DNA of 64,000 nt, from the IMG/VR virus record IMGVR_UViG_3300014204_000154, positions 1-64,000 of that record, one strand, 5' to 3'. Positions 27,210 to 35,596 of the stretch are shown in pieces. The translations under genes were made by a program, and so were the position numbers. The notes under the pieces are model-generated. The model searched no databases, was not told the origin of the DNA, and was given only the letters and a program-made list of their open reading frames with translations. Numbering within the stretch: position 1 is the stretch's first letter; every line of letters starts with the position of its first letter. The stretch comes from a virus. Lineage: Duplodnaviria; Caudoviricetes.

Positions 27210-27416
27210 TTACTCCTTAATATGCCATTTATCTCGATAAGCGATTTCCAACTTGACAAGATCATAAAGGTCTTTGAATTTCTCCTCGAACCATTCCTGT
27301 TCCAAGATCCAATTCAGATACGACTTCGGAACGTCACAGATCAAAACATCTCTATGCGCTCCGAAGGGGAATGGTTTATCTTCATAGGTCCGTTTGTACT
27401 TTGGATCAATTTCCAC
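27210..27416 (-). CDS. DUF3820-like small protein
   Basis: FPFGAHR..ICDVPKSYLNWI matches the PFGK..G..L..LP..YL.W pattern. Confidence 0.6.
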   Translation of the reverse strand: MEIDPKYKRTYEDKPFPFGAHRDVLICDVPKSYLNWILEQEWFEEKFKDLYDLVKLEIAYRDKWHIKE

Positions 27417-27774
27417 CTTTCTCCTCCTTCGCGGTCAGCGTCTGGGTTGCATAAACTGTTCCAAGATCCTCTCCCTTAAAGGATCTAAGTTTTGCCCTCA
27501 TATTAACTGGTTCCCCATTCTTATCGAATTCCCAAAATGGTTGAACATATCTTGTTCCCTCAACAATTTCCAAATCAAATGTTCTCTTCACTTCACCAGA
27601 TACGCCGTAAAGAGAAAGTTGAAATGTAACGGATTGGGGAGCCAATGGAATAACAACAGGCGGAAGAGAATAAGTCAATTTAACAAGGTTGGCCCTTTTC
27701 CGTATCCGCAAAAACAAAATAAATATCAAAAGATACAGAATAAGCCACAAAGACATCGTTTGAAATTGATCCAT
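27406..27774 (-). CDS. Hypothetical protein with an N-terminal membrane anchor
   Basis: LWLILYLLIFILFL followed by RIRKR. Confidence 0.55.
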   Translation of the reverse strand: MDQFQTMSLWLILYLLIFILFLRIRKRANLVKLTYSLPPVVIPLAPQSVTFQLSLYGVSGEVKRTFDLEIVEGTRYVQPFWEFDKNGEPVNMRAKLRSFKGEDLGTVYATQTLTAKEEKGGN

Positions 27775-27786
27775 TTCAATTCCCTC

Positions 27787-28044
27787 CTATGAAAAAAGTG
27801 CAGTTTGCATTCCGTGTAAGATTCCCTTTTCATCCAACCAAAGTGACTTTAATTCGGCATCATCTTTTATAACCCAAACTCCATCTATCCTAACGTCATA
27901 GTGAAGAGCCTTCCCTGCGATCCGAAAACGACAAACGCAACGGCCCAATCCACCCTTGATAAACTCTCCTGGATATATTTCAAGCCATCCTTGTCGGAGC
28001 AACCACCATTTGATCTGTTTTGATGTCATTGGGTCTTCGCCCAA
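27787..28044 (-). CDS. Hypothetical protein
   Basis: 85-aa ORF in the co-oriented run. Confidence 0.5.
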   Translation of the reverse strand: MGEDPMTSKQIKWWLLRQGWLEIYPGEFIKGGLGRCVCRFRIAGKALHYDVRIDGVWVIKDDAELKSLWLDEKGILHGMQTALFS

Positions 28045-28244
28045 TTCGTTGTGACATCTCTCTCGCTTTCCATATCAATCTTCAAATCGGATCGTAAAAG
28101 CTGTTCAACAGATCCATCCGGAAGACGGACCCAGACTTCATCGTCTCCACAATAACAAGATACCTTTACCAACCTCCCAATGAATGGATGTCCTGGCTTT
28201 ATAATCTCAGCGATCCGATAAAGAATGTCTGTTTTTAATGGCAC
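28026..28244 (-). CDS. Hypothetical protein
   Basis: 72-aa ORF in the co-oriented run. Confidence 0.45.
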   Translation of the reverse strand: MPLKTDILYRIAEIIKPGHPFIGRLVKVSCYCGDDEVWVRLPDGSVEQLLRSDLKIDMESERDVTTNWAKTQ

Positions 28245-28372
28245 AATAAACGCCCCATCAAATTATTTGGATTGGGCAGGTCCGGGCTGGCTACCAGATG
28301 CGGAAGGCTTCCCTATATTCGCAAGATTAACTCCTGCCCATTTCACTTATTATATCCCTGCCTGTTTATTTC

Positions 28373-29281
28373 TCAAAGAAAATCCTTCCCAATCTGGATC
28401 AACTGGTTCATCCCGCCCCGATATCCATACTTGTCGCTGTATCGATTCAGAACCCAAGTCAGATAAAACAGATCCTTCGGTTTGACCCCTTTGCCTTTTA
28501 GGATATCGGCATACATTCGATTGTAGCAGCCCTGCATATCGACCTTCATGATGTCGAATTCAACCGCTTGAATTCGTTCGGGCAAATCGATAGACCATTT
28601 CAATTGATCTGAACTGGGTCTGAATCCTGCCCGTATCCAATCTGTCGATGTAAAAATCCCCTCTTTCTTCATAGCCATCATTTCAAAAAGTTCAAATGTT
28701 TTTGTCTCTGCTGGCCGCTGTTCTGTATAAACAACCTTTCTTTCCTGAATACCCTTCGGTAAGACAATCCCTTCAAACTCCGCTCCCAGCTGGATTGCCA
28801 GATCGATGTAGTGGATGAAGAATTCATAGAGGTTTCCTCCAGCCAATCTGGGATCGCCCTTCCAGGTCTTGAAAAATTCCCCATCCCGGATCATGACCGC
28901 CTTAACCAGATCCGCCTTCTTTGGCAAATCCTTGATCCACCGAAGCTGAAGCACGATGTTGATTCTGTCATCGTCAATCGGCGGCTCCCACGGAAGGCAA
29001 AGCGGCTTCTCACAGATCACATACTTGCCATGATCCAAAGCCATCTTGACATGTTCCCGATGAAGATGAGTCGGCGAGCAGATCACGATATATTCGACAT
29101 TATCATACATGCTTTCTGTGGGCAGAGCCTTGGAACAAAGCAAAAGAGGGGTTTTCAAATCAACATAATTGTCCATAAATGCAGTATCATGGATCCACTG
29201 AAGCCTTCCACCAACCGCTTTAATGGCCTCCTTATGTCTGGCCGCAATCGTTCCGTTTCCGATCAATCCGAAGTTAATCAT
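28373..29281 (-). CDS. Gfo/Idh/MocA oxidoreductase, WbpB/WlbA-like (UDP-GlcNAcA 3-dehydrogenase type)
   Basis: FGLIGNGTIAARH, ICSPTHLH, ICEKPL, VLQLR and TWKGD...GG..IHYID. Start moved to ATG 29281. Confidence 0.75.
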   Translation of the reverse strand: MINFGLIGNGTIAARHKEAIKAVGGRLQWIHDTAFMDNYVDLKTPLLLCSKALPTESMYDNVEYIVICSPTHLHREHVKMALDHGKYVICEKPLCLPWEPPIDDDRINIVLQLRWIKDLPKKADLVKAVMIRDGEFFKTWKGDPRLAGGNLYEFFIHYIDLAIQLGAEFEGIVLPKGIQERKVVYTEQRPAETKTFELFEMMAMKKEGIFTSTDWIRAGFRPSSDQLKWSIDLPERIQAVEFDIMKVDMQGCYNRMYADILKGKGVKPKDLFYLTWVLNRYSDKYGYRGGMNQLIQIGKDFL

Positions 29282-30090
29282 GACTTCTTCTCCTTCTCCC
29301 AGAATAACTCCCATTTATGGGAATGGCTATTGTAACAGTCAATCGAACACTTATCAAAACAACTTGATGCAAAGACGATGTTGGAAAAACGATCAAACAA
29401 AAACTCCTTCTTTTCCGAATCAAGCCAGAAACAACGCCTAATCCTCAACTTTAACGTATGCCCCGGACCTCTTCCCATAATGCTCTCAATCGCCATTTTA
29501 CAACCATTCTTCGAAGCATGATGTTGAATTTGATAGCCAAGATTCTCCCCCAGATAGGTCCGGACCAAGAAGCAAAACTCAACCTGATCTATGAAGTATT
29601 TGGATGCAATTGGCTCCAACGACGAAATGAGGATTGGTTTTCTCGATAGCGCCATCATCTTCATCCAAGGAATATTCCAGCAGACAACCATCTTCCCGAA
29701 CACATTTGGATCTTTGATGTCGTTCAACTCCTCCACATCTTCGATGGAAAACAGATTGATATAAACCTCAAAACCCGGAGGGAATGGGCCATCTTTCAGA
29801 ATCCGCTTGTAATCCCCTATCCTGAGATTGGTTCGAAAGTTATCCAAGCAAGTATTGAAAAAGATCCTATTAAATGAGGACCAATCAAACAGGCTGGAAT
29901 CTCCAACGCCAAACATGATAATAGAGTGTGTCCTGGAATACTCCCAGAGAGACGGAAAGAGCGCCGCAACCATTTCAACATCCATGATCTTTGGATCTTG
30001 CCGCGGCGCTTCACAATCCAGATGACAACGATTCAAACAACCCTGAACCACTTCCAGAAATATTCCCGTTTTTCGATTCATCATCAACAT
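29278..30090 (-). CDS. Cys-rich hypothetical protein, possibly a divergent radical-SAM-like Fe-S protein
   Basis: LEVVQGCLNRCHLDC (CX3CX3C) near the N-terminus and CFDKCSIDC near the C-terminus. Confidence 0.35.
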   Translation of the reverse strand: MLMMNRKTGIFLEVVQGCLNRCHLDCEAPRQDPKIMDVEMVAALFPSLWEYSRTHSIIMFGVGDSSLFDWSSFNRIFFNTCLDNFRTNLRIGDYKRILKDGPFPPGFEVYINLFSIEDVEELNDIKDPNVFGKMVVCWNIPWMKMMALSRKPILISSLEPIASKYFIDQVEFCFLVRTYLGENLGYQIQHHASKNGCKMAIESIMGRGPGHTLKLRIRRCFWLDSEKKEFLFDRFSNIVFASSCFDKCSIDCYNSHSHKWELFWEKEKKS

Positions 30091-30458
30091 CTCCCCTCAT
30101 GATCTGATTCCATAAAACCCCTCCAATAACAATGATAATAGACTTCTCGTTTTCCCTTGCATAATAAACAATCGATCTTTTTTATTCCCTCTGTCTGTAT
30201 ATTTCCAGAGAATTGATTTGTTGACCCGATACCTTTACAAAAAGGACATTTGAAAGGACCGATTAGAATATCTTCATTGTCAATATTTTTCGGTTTATCT
30301 GGGGTAATATTGTCTGTATGAATAGTCATTGACTTTGAATGCTTTTTTCTTAGCTCTTCAATCTTCAAATTCCACCTATGATAAGATTGCGAATGCTCCA
30401 AATCGCATTTGTTTTCGACTTTCTTCATTTCAGCCGCGATATCTGATAATAAACTCAT
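30084..30458 (-). CDS. Hypothetical protein with a DnaJ-like Zn finger
   Basis: CPFCKGIG..CLLCKGK. Confidence 0.55.
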   Translation of the reverse strand: MSLLSDIAAEMKKVENKCDLEHSQSYHRWNLKIEELRKKHSKSMTIHTDNITPDKPKNIDNEDILIGPFKCPFCKGIGSTNQFSGNIQTEGIKKIDCLLCKGKREVYYHCYWRGFMESDHEGRC

Positions 30459-30649
30459 TTCAAAATCCCCCTTTTGGCCAACTCTTCATACAATGCTGTC
30501 CCTGCCGACATATATCCAGATCCGGAAGACCATTGCGGATAATCGCCCCGAAGTCTGGCTGCATCATTATCCCCTTGCATCTGAACTGCCTCCAAATTGG
30601 CTACCGCAGCCAATGCAATCAATTCAACGTCATTCATATAATTCCCCAA
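30455..30649 (-). CDS. Hypothetical protein
   Basis: 64-aa coupled ORF. Confidence 0.45.
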   Translation of the reverse strand: MGNYMNDVELIALAAVANLEAVQMQGDNDAARLRGDYPQWSSGSGYMSAGTALYEELAKRGILK

Positions 30650-31415
30650 TGTGTTTTGCTATCCGCTGCCTGCCGATCTCAAAATAGGTTGGATCGCGCT
30701 CGATGCAGATGTATTTACGGTTGGTGTTTATGCAAGCGATGGCAGTGGTAAATGAGCCTGCAAATGGGTCAAGGATTGTATCGCCGGGGTTACTCCACGA
30801 GAGGATATGGTCGGTGGCGAGTTGTTGTGGAAACGGAGCGGGATGGCCCTTGACGCTCTCGCTTACCTGTTCCCATATATTAAATCTCTGCCCATTCTCA
30901 GCAATGGTGATTATTTTGCTCATTGGCTTTGTCGATCCATCGGCTTGCCGAATTGTCCCACGTCCGACATTTCCGGCACACTTATTCGGTTTATCTTTCA
31001 ATGGGTTGAATGTTTTTATAGGGCCTTTTGTAAAAATAAACATGTATTCAAATACGGGAGCGTATCGAGTCTTTAGCGCACCGATAGCACTAAATCTGCC
31101 CTTGTTCCAGATCATCGTATCGTGAATATTAAATCCTGCCTCCTTGAAATACAATGCCTGCTTGAATGATGTTCCTGTTTCACTGCCTTTGATGGTTGCA
31201 TCACCGACTACCCACACAACCACACCACCAGGTTTTGTCACTCTGAACAATTCCCGAATTACCGGCTTCCAGATATGCTCACCCCAATCAAGCGAATCAT
31301 TATACGTCCTGAGATTATCGTATGGAGGCGAGGTTACAGTTAAATCCACATTCCCATCCTCAATCTTCTGCATTTCAATCAAACAATCACCAAGCAACCG
31401 CTTACCGTATCCCAT
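30630..31415 (-). CDS. Amino-methyltransferase, beta class (N4C/N6A)
   Basis: TSPPY, FEYMFIF, HPAPFP and DPFAGSFTT. Confidence 0.9.
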   Translation of the reverse strand: MGYGKRLLGDCLIEMQKIEDGNVDLTVTSPPYDNLRTYNDSLDWGEHIWKPVIRELFRVTKPGGVVVWVVGDATIKGSETGTSFKQALYFKEAGFNIHDTMIWNKGRFSAIGALKTRYAPVFEYMFIFTKGPIKTFNPLKDKPNKCAGNVGRGTIRQADGSTKPMSKIITIAENGQRFNIWEQVSESVKGHPAPFPQQLATDHILSWSNPGDTILDPFAGSFTTAIACINTNRKYICIERDPTYFEIGRQRIAKHIGELYE

Positions 31416-31430
31416 TTCAGGCTCCTTTGA

Positions 31431-31745
31431 TTAATTCTCGTTCCGGGTGCCAATCCCGTAATCGGCGCAAATTTTATTCCCGAAAGAGGAAAGATATGGT
31501 AATGGAAGGAGGATGGAAACGTAATGGGCGGAGAAGCGCCATCGGTGAGCTTGTTCTAAGACGGGAAGACCGAAGGCCAGCTTTGCTTCGATGGCCCAAA
31601 TGATCTGGCCACGTTTCGCTACAAGGTCGCAAACGCCACAACCACCAGAGACTTCCTGATATACTTCCCAACCCCAATCCTTCAGAACGTCTACCAGTAA
31701 AGCGGCCAACTCAGATTCTGTGATTTGTACCTTATGCCGCCTCAT
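31431..31745 (-). CDS. PD-(D/E)xK nuclease-like protein, apparently truncated
   Basis: VYQEV..CDLVA..AIEAK..LEQA; the ORF ends shortly after YGIG. Confidence 0.55.
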   Translation of the reverse strand: MRRHKVQITESELAALLVDVLKDWGWEVYQEVSGGCGVCDLVAKRGQIIWAIEAKLAFGLPVLEQAHRWRFSAHYVSILLPLPYLSSFGNKICADYGIGTRNEN

Positions 31746-32113
31746 CGGTTTATCCGTCTCCCGGCTCCTCTAAGCGCATCGAAAAGTTCCACCGCTTTCG
31801 CCAGCCCTTTGCTCCTAGTTGACTTTCCATACTCCACGCCATATCGTTCCTTGAATACGCTCCCATCAACCGTACCGATCAAATATTCAGGCCGATAATA
31901 TTTGTCATCCCCCTGGCCACACCAACAAGATCCTCCTCCAATCCGGAAGATGATTCTGTTGTCCTCCCTTTTGATGATTGATATCTTGCCGTGATACTCA
32001 AGGCCAGGGAAACAAATCCTTTGCGAATAGATCCTGAATTCCTGTCCACGATGAAACAGGCTGGCTTCCCTGACCTCGATATCATCCTTGCTGCTATCTG
32101 ACCAGTGGGCCAT
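31742..32113 (-). CDS. Hypothetical protein
   Basis: 123-aa coupled ORF. Confidence 0.55.
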   Translation of the reverse strand: MAHWSDSSKDDIEVREASLFHRGQEFRIYSQRICFPGLEYHGKISIIKREDNRIIFRIGGGSCWCGQGDDKYYRPEYLIGTVDGSVFKERYGVEYGKSTRSKGLAKAVELFDALRGAGRRINR

Positions 32114-32291
32114 GGGTCATCTCCATCAGCATCTTTCCAGCCCGATATCCCGCCATAAATATCATCCTGTTTCTGGCCTTCCGATCCGGGAGACATTGCC
32201 AATTTTCCTCCTGTTCCTTCACGAAAGCCTCATATGCTTCACTGGCTTCCGTCTCTGGGTTTTCTTGGTCGATGGATTCTTGTTCCGACAT
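32094..32291 (-). CDS. Hypothetical protein
   Basis: 65-aa ORF with SD AAGGAG. Confidence 0.5.
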   Translation of the reverse strand: MSEQESIDQENPETEASEAYEAFVKEQEENWQCLPDRKARNRMIFMAGYRAGKMLMEMTHGPLVR

Positions 32292-32574
32292 GCCAAATCT
32301 CCTTCTTTTTCAATCGATGATAAAATCGATATTCATTGTTGATCTTCTCGTAACCTGGAGACAGCCGATTGCTCCATGTCATCCAAAGATCCCATTCTGA
32401 ATGTTCCCTATTGAGGACCAACCCCCAAGCCATCGATGGAGACGGACAAAAACAGACATATGGCGGCTTCCATTGGCCGTCCCTCGATTTACAACCAGGG
32501 CAAAGACCGCGCTTCAGGATGCTCTGGCGACGTTCCACCGGCGACCAGTGAAAGAGAAGGAATGGCTGGCCCAT
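32239..32574 (-). CDS. Small ADP-ribosyltransferase-fold protein (H-clade-like)
   Basis: LFHWSP..RRQSILKRGL.P, YVCF and late EYR follow the H..sI...GL / aromatic / E layout of ART folds. Confidence 0.45.
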   Translation of the reverse strand: MGQPFLLFHWSPVERRQSILKRGLCPGCKSRDGQWKPPYVCFCPSPSMAWGLVLNREHSEWDLWMTWSNRLSPGYEKINNEYRFYHRLKKKEIWHVGTRIHRPRKPRDGSQ

Positions 32575-32580
32575 GATGGC

Positions 32581-32781
32581 TTATTTGTCCATATCAACAA
32601 CCATATAACCTCTGTTGCCTTCTAAAAGCGCGAATCCACTGACTATATGTGCAAAATGGGATGTTGCGATAACAACACTTGCCAATTCTCCAGGATTATC
32701 GGATGTTCCTGGACCAACTGCGAATCCTCTGGGGAACCTCTCCATCAACTCCCCAACTGTCGTCTTACTATCGACCTTCAT
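32581..32781 (-). CDS. Hypothetical protein
   Basis: Likely start ATG 32781 after AAAGGGGG. Confidence 0.45.
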   Translation of the reverse strand: MKVDSKTTVGELMERFPRGFAVGPGTSDNPGELASVVIATSHFAHIVSGFALLEGNRGYMVVDMDK

Positions 32782-32785
32782 ATTG

Positions 32786-32998
32786 TTATACCCCCTTTCT
32801 AAAAATCCTTTTAAATCCGTTAGCGGCTCCATATTGTTCATTGAATTCTTCGTCAGGAAGATGCTGGATTTCTCCAACAATCTTCTCGTGCATATATGTA
32901 ATCGTCCGGAAAGGAGTCAACCCCGCATGTCTTCCGAAGATTTCAACTTCAATAAGCAGTTCATCCTCTCTGGTTGGTTTTCTCCTTCTGACTTCCAT
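32786..32998 (-). CDS. Hypothetical protein
   Basis: 70 aa, SD GGAGG, -10 box at 33021-33026. Confidence 0.5.
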   Translation of the reverse strand: MEVRRRKPTREDELLIEVEIFGRHAGLTPFRTITYMHEKIVGEIQHLPDEEFNEQYGAANGFKRIFRKGV

Positions 32999-33021
32999 TT
33001 CCTCTTACCTCCTACTGGCTA

Positions 33022-33459
33022 TTATACCTTCTTCTTAACAATCTTCGGTTTCTTTTTAACGGCCATCATTTCGCTGTATAACGCAATCAAACGCTGCGTG
33101 ATGGCTTGGATCGAATAAGCCTCAAACTCCAGACTTGGTTCGTATTCACCTATACAATCGCAAATCCGTTGCCAGACATGGACTGCCTCATGGACGATAA
33201 GACCGACAACTTCATTTGGATTTCTTTTGGGATCATACCGGGCGCAGACAATGATACAACGATGAAAATCTTCTTCCTCCTCAAAAACATGCACTTTGCC
33301 ATCGCAACCATCTAAAATCCATTTCAACGGCTGTTGAGCAGGAGACACATTTAATCTCTTGATTGCTCTTTTAAATTGATCCTCATCAATACATAATCCG
33401 ATACAATATGGAGATTGAACCATCTCCCTTGGAATCCAGCCAATGCCGTCTTTCATCAC
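33022..33459 (-). CDS. HExxH-containing protein (possible metallopeptidase)
   Basis: IVHEAVHVWQ..E..AY. Confidence 0.55.
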   Translation of the reverse strand: MMKDGIGWIPREMVQSPYCIGLCIDEDQFKRAIKRLNVSPAQQPLKWILDGCDGKVHVFEEEEDFHRCIIVCARYDPKRNPNEVVGLIVHEAVHVWQRICDCIGEYEPSLEFEAYSIQAITQRLIALYSEMMAVKKKPKIVKKKV

Positions 33460-33779
33460 TTATACCCATTCTCTTCCAGGAAGTCGAAGACCTCCTTTGC
33501 GTTCACCGTGCAAGACGGCCATGAATTGATGGTCCCGGCACAGATGCAAAACTTTTCGCTGTCGATTGGATTCTTCAAAAGAGAGTCAATGAAATAATTC
33601 TCATATCCAGTTGGACCACCATGGAAGAGAAGAACCGGCCGTGGATTTCCATCTTTAGAGACAATTTCCATCTCAATCTCTTTGGTAGATTGAACCGCTT
33701 TGATATCTCGATATTCCCCCGGAGGATCTGTCCAACGGCCGGTCTTCTTGACCCATATGGAATTGATCTTCTGCTTCAT
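33456..33779 (-). CDS. Hypothetical protein
   Basis: Likely start ATG 33779 (ATGA overlap), within ORF-track 33456..33977. Confidence 0.5.
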   Translation of the reverse strand: MKQKINSIWVKKTGRWTDPPGEYRDIKAVQSTKEIEMEIVSKDGNPRPVLLFHGGPTGYENYFIDSLLKNPIDSEKFCICAGTINSWPSCTVNAKEVFDFLEENGYK

Positions 33780-34189
33780 TTCTTCCACCCTTCCTTCTCC
33801 ACCAGGATCGTGGGGAAATCGTCGCCGTTCTTCAGTCGGACAAGGCTCAGCAATTCTCTCATCGGATCTGAGCCCAACGCGGCTTGGAAAGCGATCCTCA
33901 TTGCTGGAGTAACAAGATCGAATGGAAGGCGAACCGATATGTGGCAAGCCGGCAATCCAGATTTGGATGCCCAGCATTTGATTAACTCCCGATCAAGGCC
34001 AACAATATTCCGTTCCAAGATTTCCAGCTGTTGGAGGAATGTATTGTATTGATCTGTTGTATCAATATCAATCAACAACTCGTTTGCCTCTGGATAGTTG
34101 ATGACCATCCCTTTGGCTTCCTGCCTCTTTATGAAATCCAACCGCTCCGTATTGGCATATGATTCGTCGTCATACTCTTCCATTTCCAT
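33776..34189 (-). CDS. Hypothetical protein
   Basis: 137 aa with SD GAGGAG; ELLIDID..SKSG..H..QAALGSDPMRE. Confidence 0.55.
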   Translation of the reverse strand: MEMEEYDDESYANTERLDFIKRQEAKGMVINYPEANELLIDIDTTDQYNTFLQQLEILERNIVGLDRELIKCWASKSGLPACHISVRLPFDLVTPAMRIAFQAALGSDPMRELLSLVRLKNGDDFPTILVEKEGWKK

Positions 34190-34196
34190 AATCTCC

Positions 34197-34763
34197 TCAC
34201 TTCTGGAATTCGACTGCTCCCCGCTGGATGCGCGGCCGGGAAGGAACCACCGGCGCTTCCTTCTTCGCCTCCGCTTCTTGCTCGTATGCCAATTTGACGA
34301 TTTCAGCCACCCGATTTGCCCAGCCAGGTTCGTCCTTGTTCAAGGAGACTTCAATGGCAAAATCCTCAATATCGTGTGGCAAAACCTGCCAGCAATTCTT
34401 GGAGTCCGGATTGTAAAGAATATGGCGCAACTCGTGACGGATCAACCGGATCTTATCCAGCACATCCGTAAGGGTCCACGCCTTCTTATCGATGAACATG
34501 ATGTAATCGCAGCCCAGAGACACTAGATGCTCCGTAAGGTTGCGGATAAGATCGTTGGCCTTCATGATCCGACCCAAAACCAGCTTGGGGCCAACCATCC
34601 TCTTCTTCAGATCGAACAGGGATTTGATAACAGGGCCAGCGTCTTCCTCCTGCACGAAGTGCGGGAAGTATTGGATCAAGACCTCCTTGATCATTTCATC
34701 CACGGCCGCAGGAGCGTTCTCAAATCTGATACCGTTGTCTTGATTGTTATCCTCTGTTTCCAT
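34197..34763 (-). CDS. Putative phage metallopeptidase
   Basis: LGRIMKA..DYIMFI..LIRHELRHI..HDIEDF. Confidence 0.75.
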   Translation of the reverse strand: METEDNNQDNGIRFENAPAAVDEMIKEVLIQYFPHFVQEEDAGPVIKSLFDLKKRMVGPKLVLGRIMKANDLIRNLTEHLVSLGCDYIMFIDKKAWTLTDVLDKIRLIRHELRHILYNPDSKNCWQVLPHDIEDFAIEVSLNKDEPGWANRVAEIVKLAYEQEAEAKKEAPVVPSRPRIQRGAVEFQK

Positions 34764-34804
34764 TGTCGATCCTCCCTTTTCAAATTACCATTTATGAATT
34801 AATG

Positions 34805-34839
34805 CAAAAATATGGGCTGGCGTTTATTCCAGCCCATAT
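34805..34839 (-). terminator. Rho-independent terminator
   Basis: 11-bp stem ATATGGGCTGG / CCAGCCCATAT followed by TTTT on the minus strand. Confidence 0.7.
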
Positions 34840-35256
34840 CTGCGGGTGATGGGGATGCTCGGTGATCGAAGTCGCTGGAGCATCCGCTGGCGAACCCGAC
34901 TTGACCTGTATTACAGGGCGTCAAAAATACAGCCGATGGCTGGTGAACGTCTATCCGATGGTCAGAGCATCGGGGTGCCGTTTGGTTTCCCACTTCATGG
35001 GAACCTCCTTGATTGATTGGTGGCCAACATGGTGGCCTTTTGGGGGTCAGGCCGATGCCGTGGAGCTGGCGACGATGATGAGCAACTGGTTATCAAGGCA
35101 TATGGTGGTGTTTACCCAAGGCGGCGACTTACATTTCTTCATAACTCCTCCTTTCTGTCCGCTTAATGATCCAACTGGTTTAACTGCTTTGAAACTCCCT
35201 CCACCAAATGAACGGGAAGGGACCATTTGTCTATTATTCCCTCAAGGCTTCATCGC

Positions 35257-35481
35257 CTAAGACTCTTTTTGGGAATTAATAGCAGGTGTTGCCGTCTGTC
35301 CTCCTTGGCACCTTTTGCAAGTTGTTTCGGTGTCAGCCACAGAAAAGAATCGCCGCATACAGCGCCTGAAATGCTTGTGTCCGACCTTCAACGTTACAGA
35401 CATCGCTCCCATTGTTATCCGGGCACGCCTATGGCGTTTTCCAGCCTGTCGTTCACGCTTTCCAGGGTTATTGCGTCTCAT
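35257..35481 (-). CDS. Small basic Zn-finger-like protein
   Basis: CRRC-like CMRRF..CKRC; Arg-rich. Confidence 0.4.
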   Translation of the reverse strand: MRRNNPGKRERQAGKRHRRARITMGAMSVTLKVGHKHFRRCMRRFFSVADTETTCKRCQGGQTATPAINSQKES

Positions 35482-35561
35482 CGTTCTGTTACCTCATCTG
35501 CCTACTCTTCCCCGCATGCGCCAACCGCACGAACAAATGGAACCCTTCCCGTCTCAAATCT

Positions 35562-35591
35562 ATTATACTCGGAGAATCGATTTCTTGTCTA
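35562..35591 (-). promoter_or_regulatory. sigma70-type promoter directly downstream of terL
   Basis: Minus strand TAGACA-N18-TATAAT. Confidence 0.6.
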
Positions 35592-35596
35592 AAAAA

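Noticed and set aside
34799-35260. Minus-strand ORFs 34862..35260 and 34799..34993
   Set aside because: Overlapping frames with no motifs, running into a terminator; the real gene boundaries could not be resolved.
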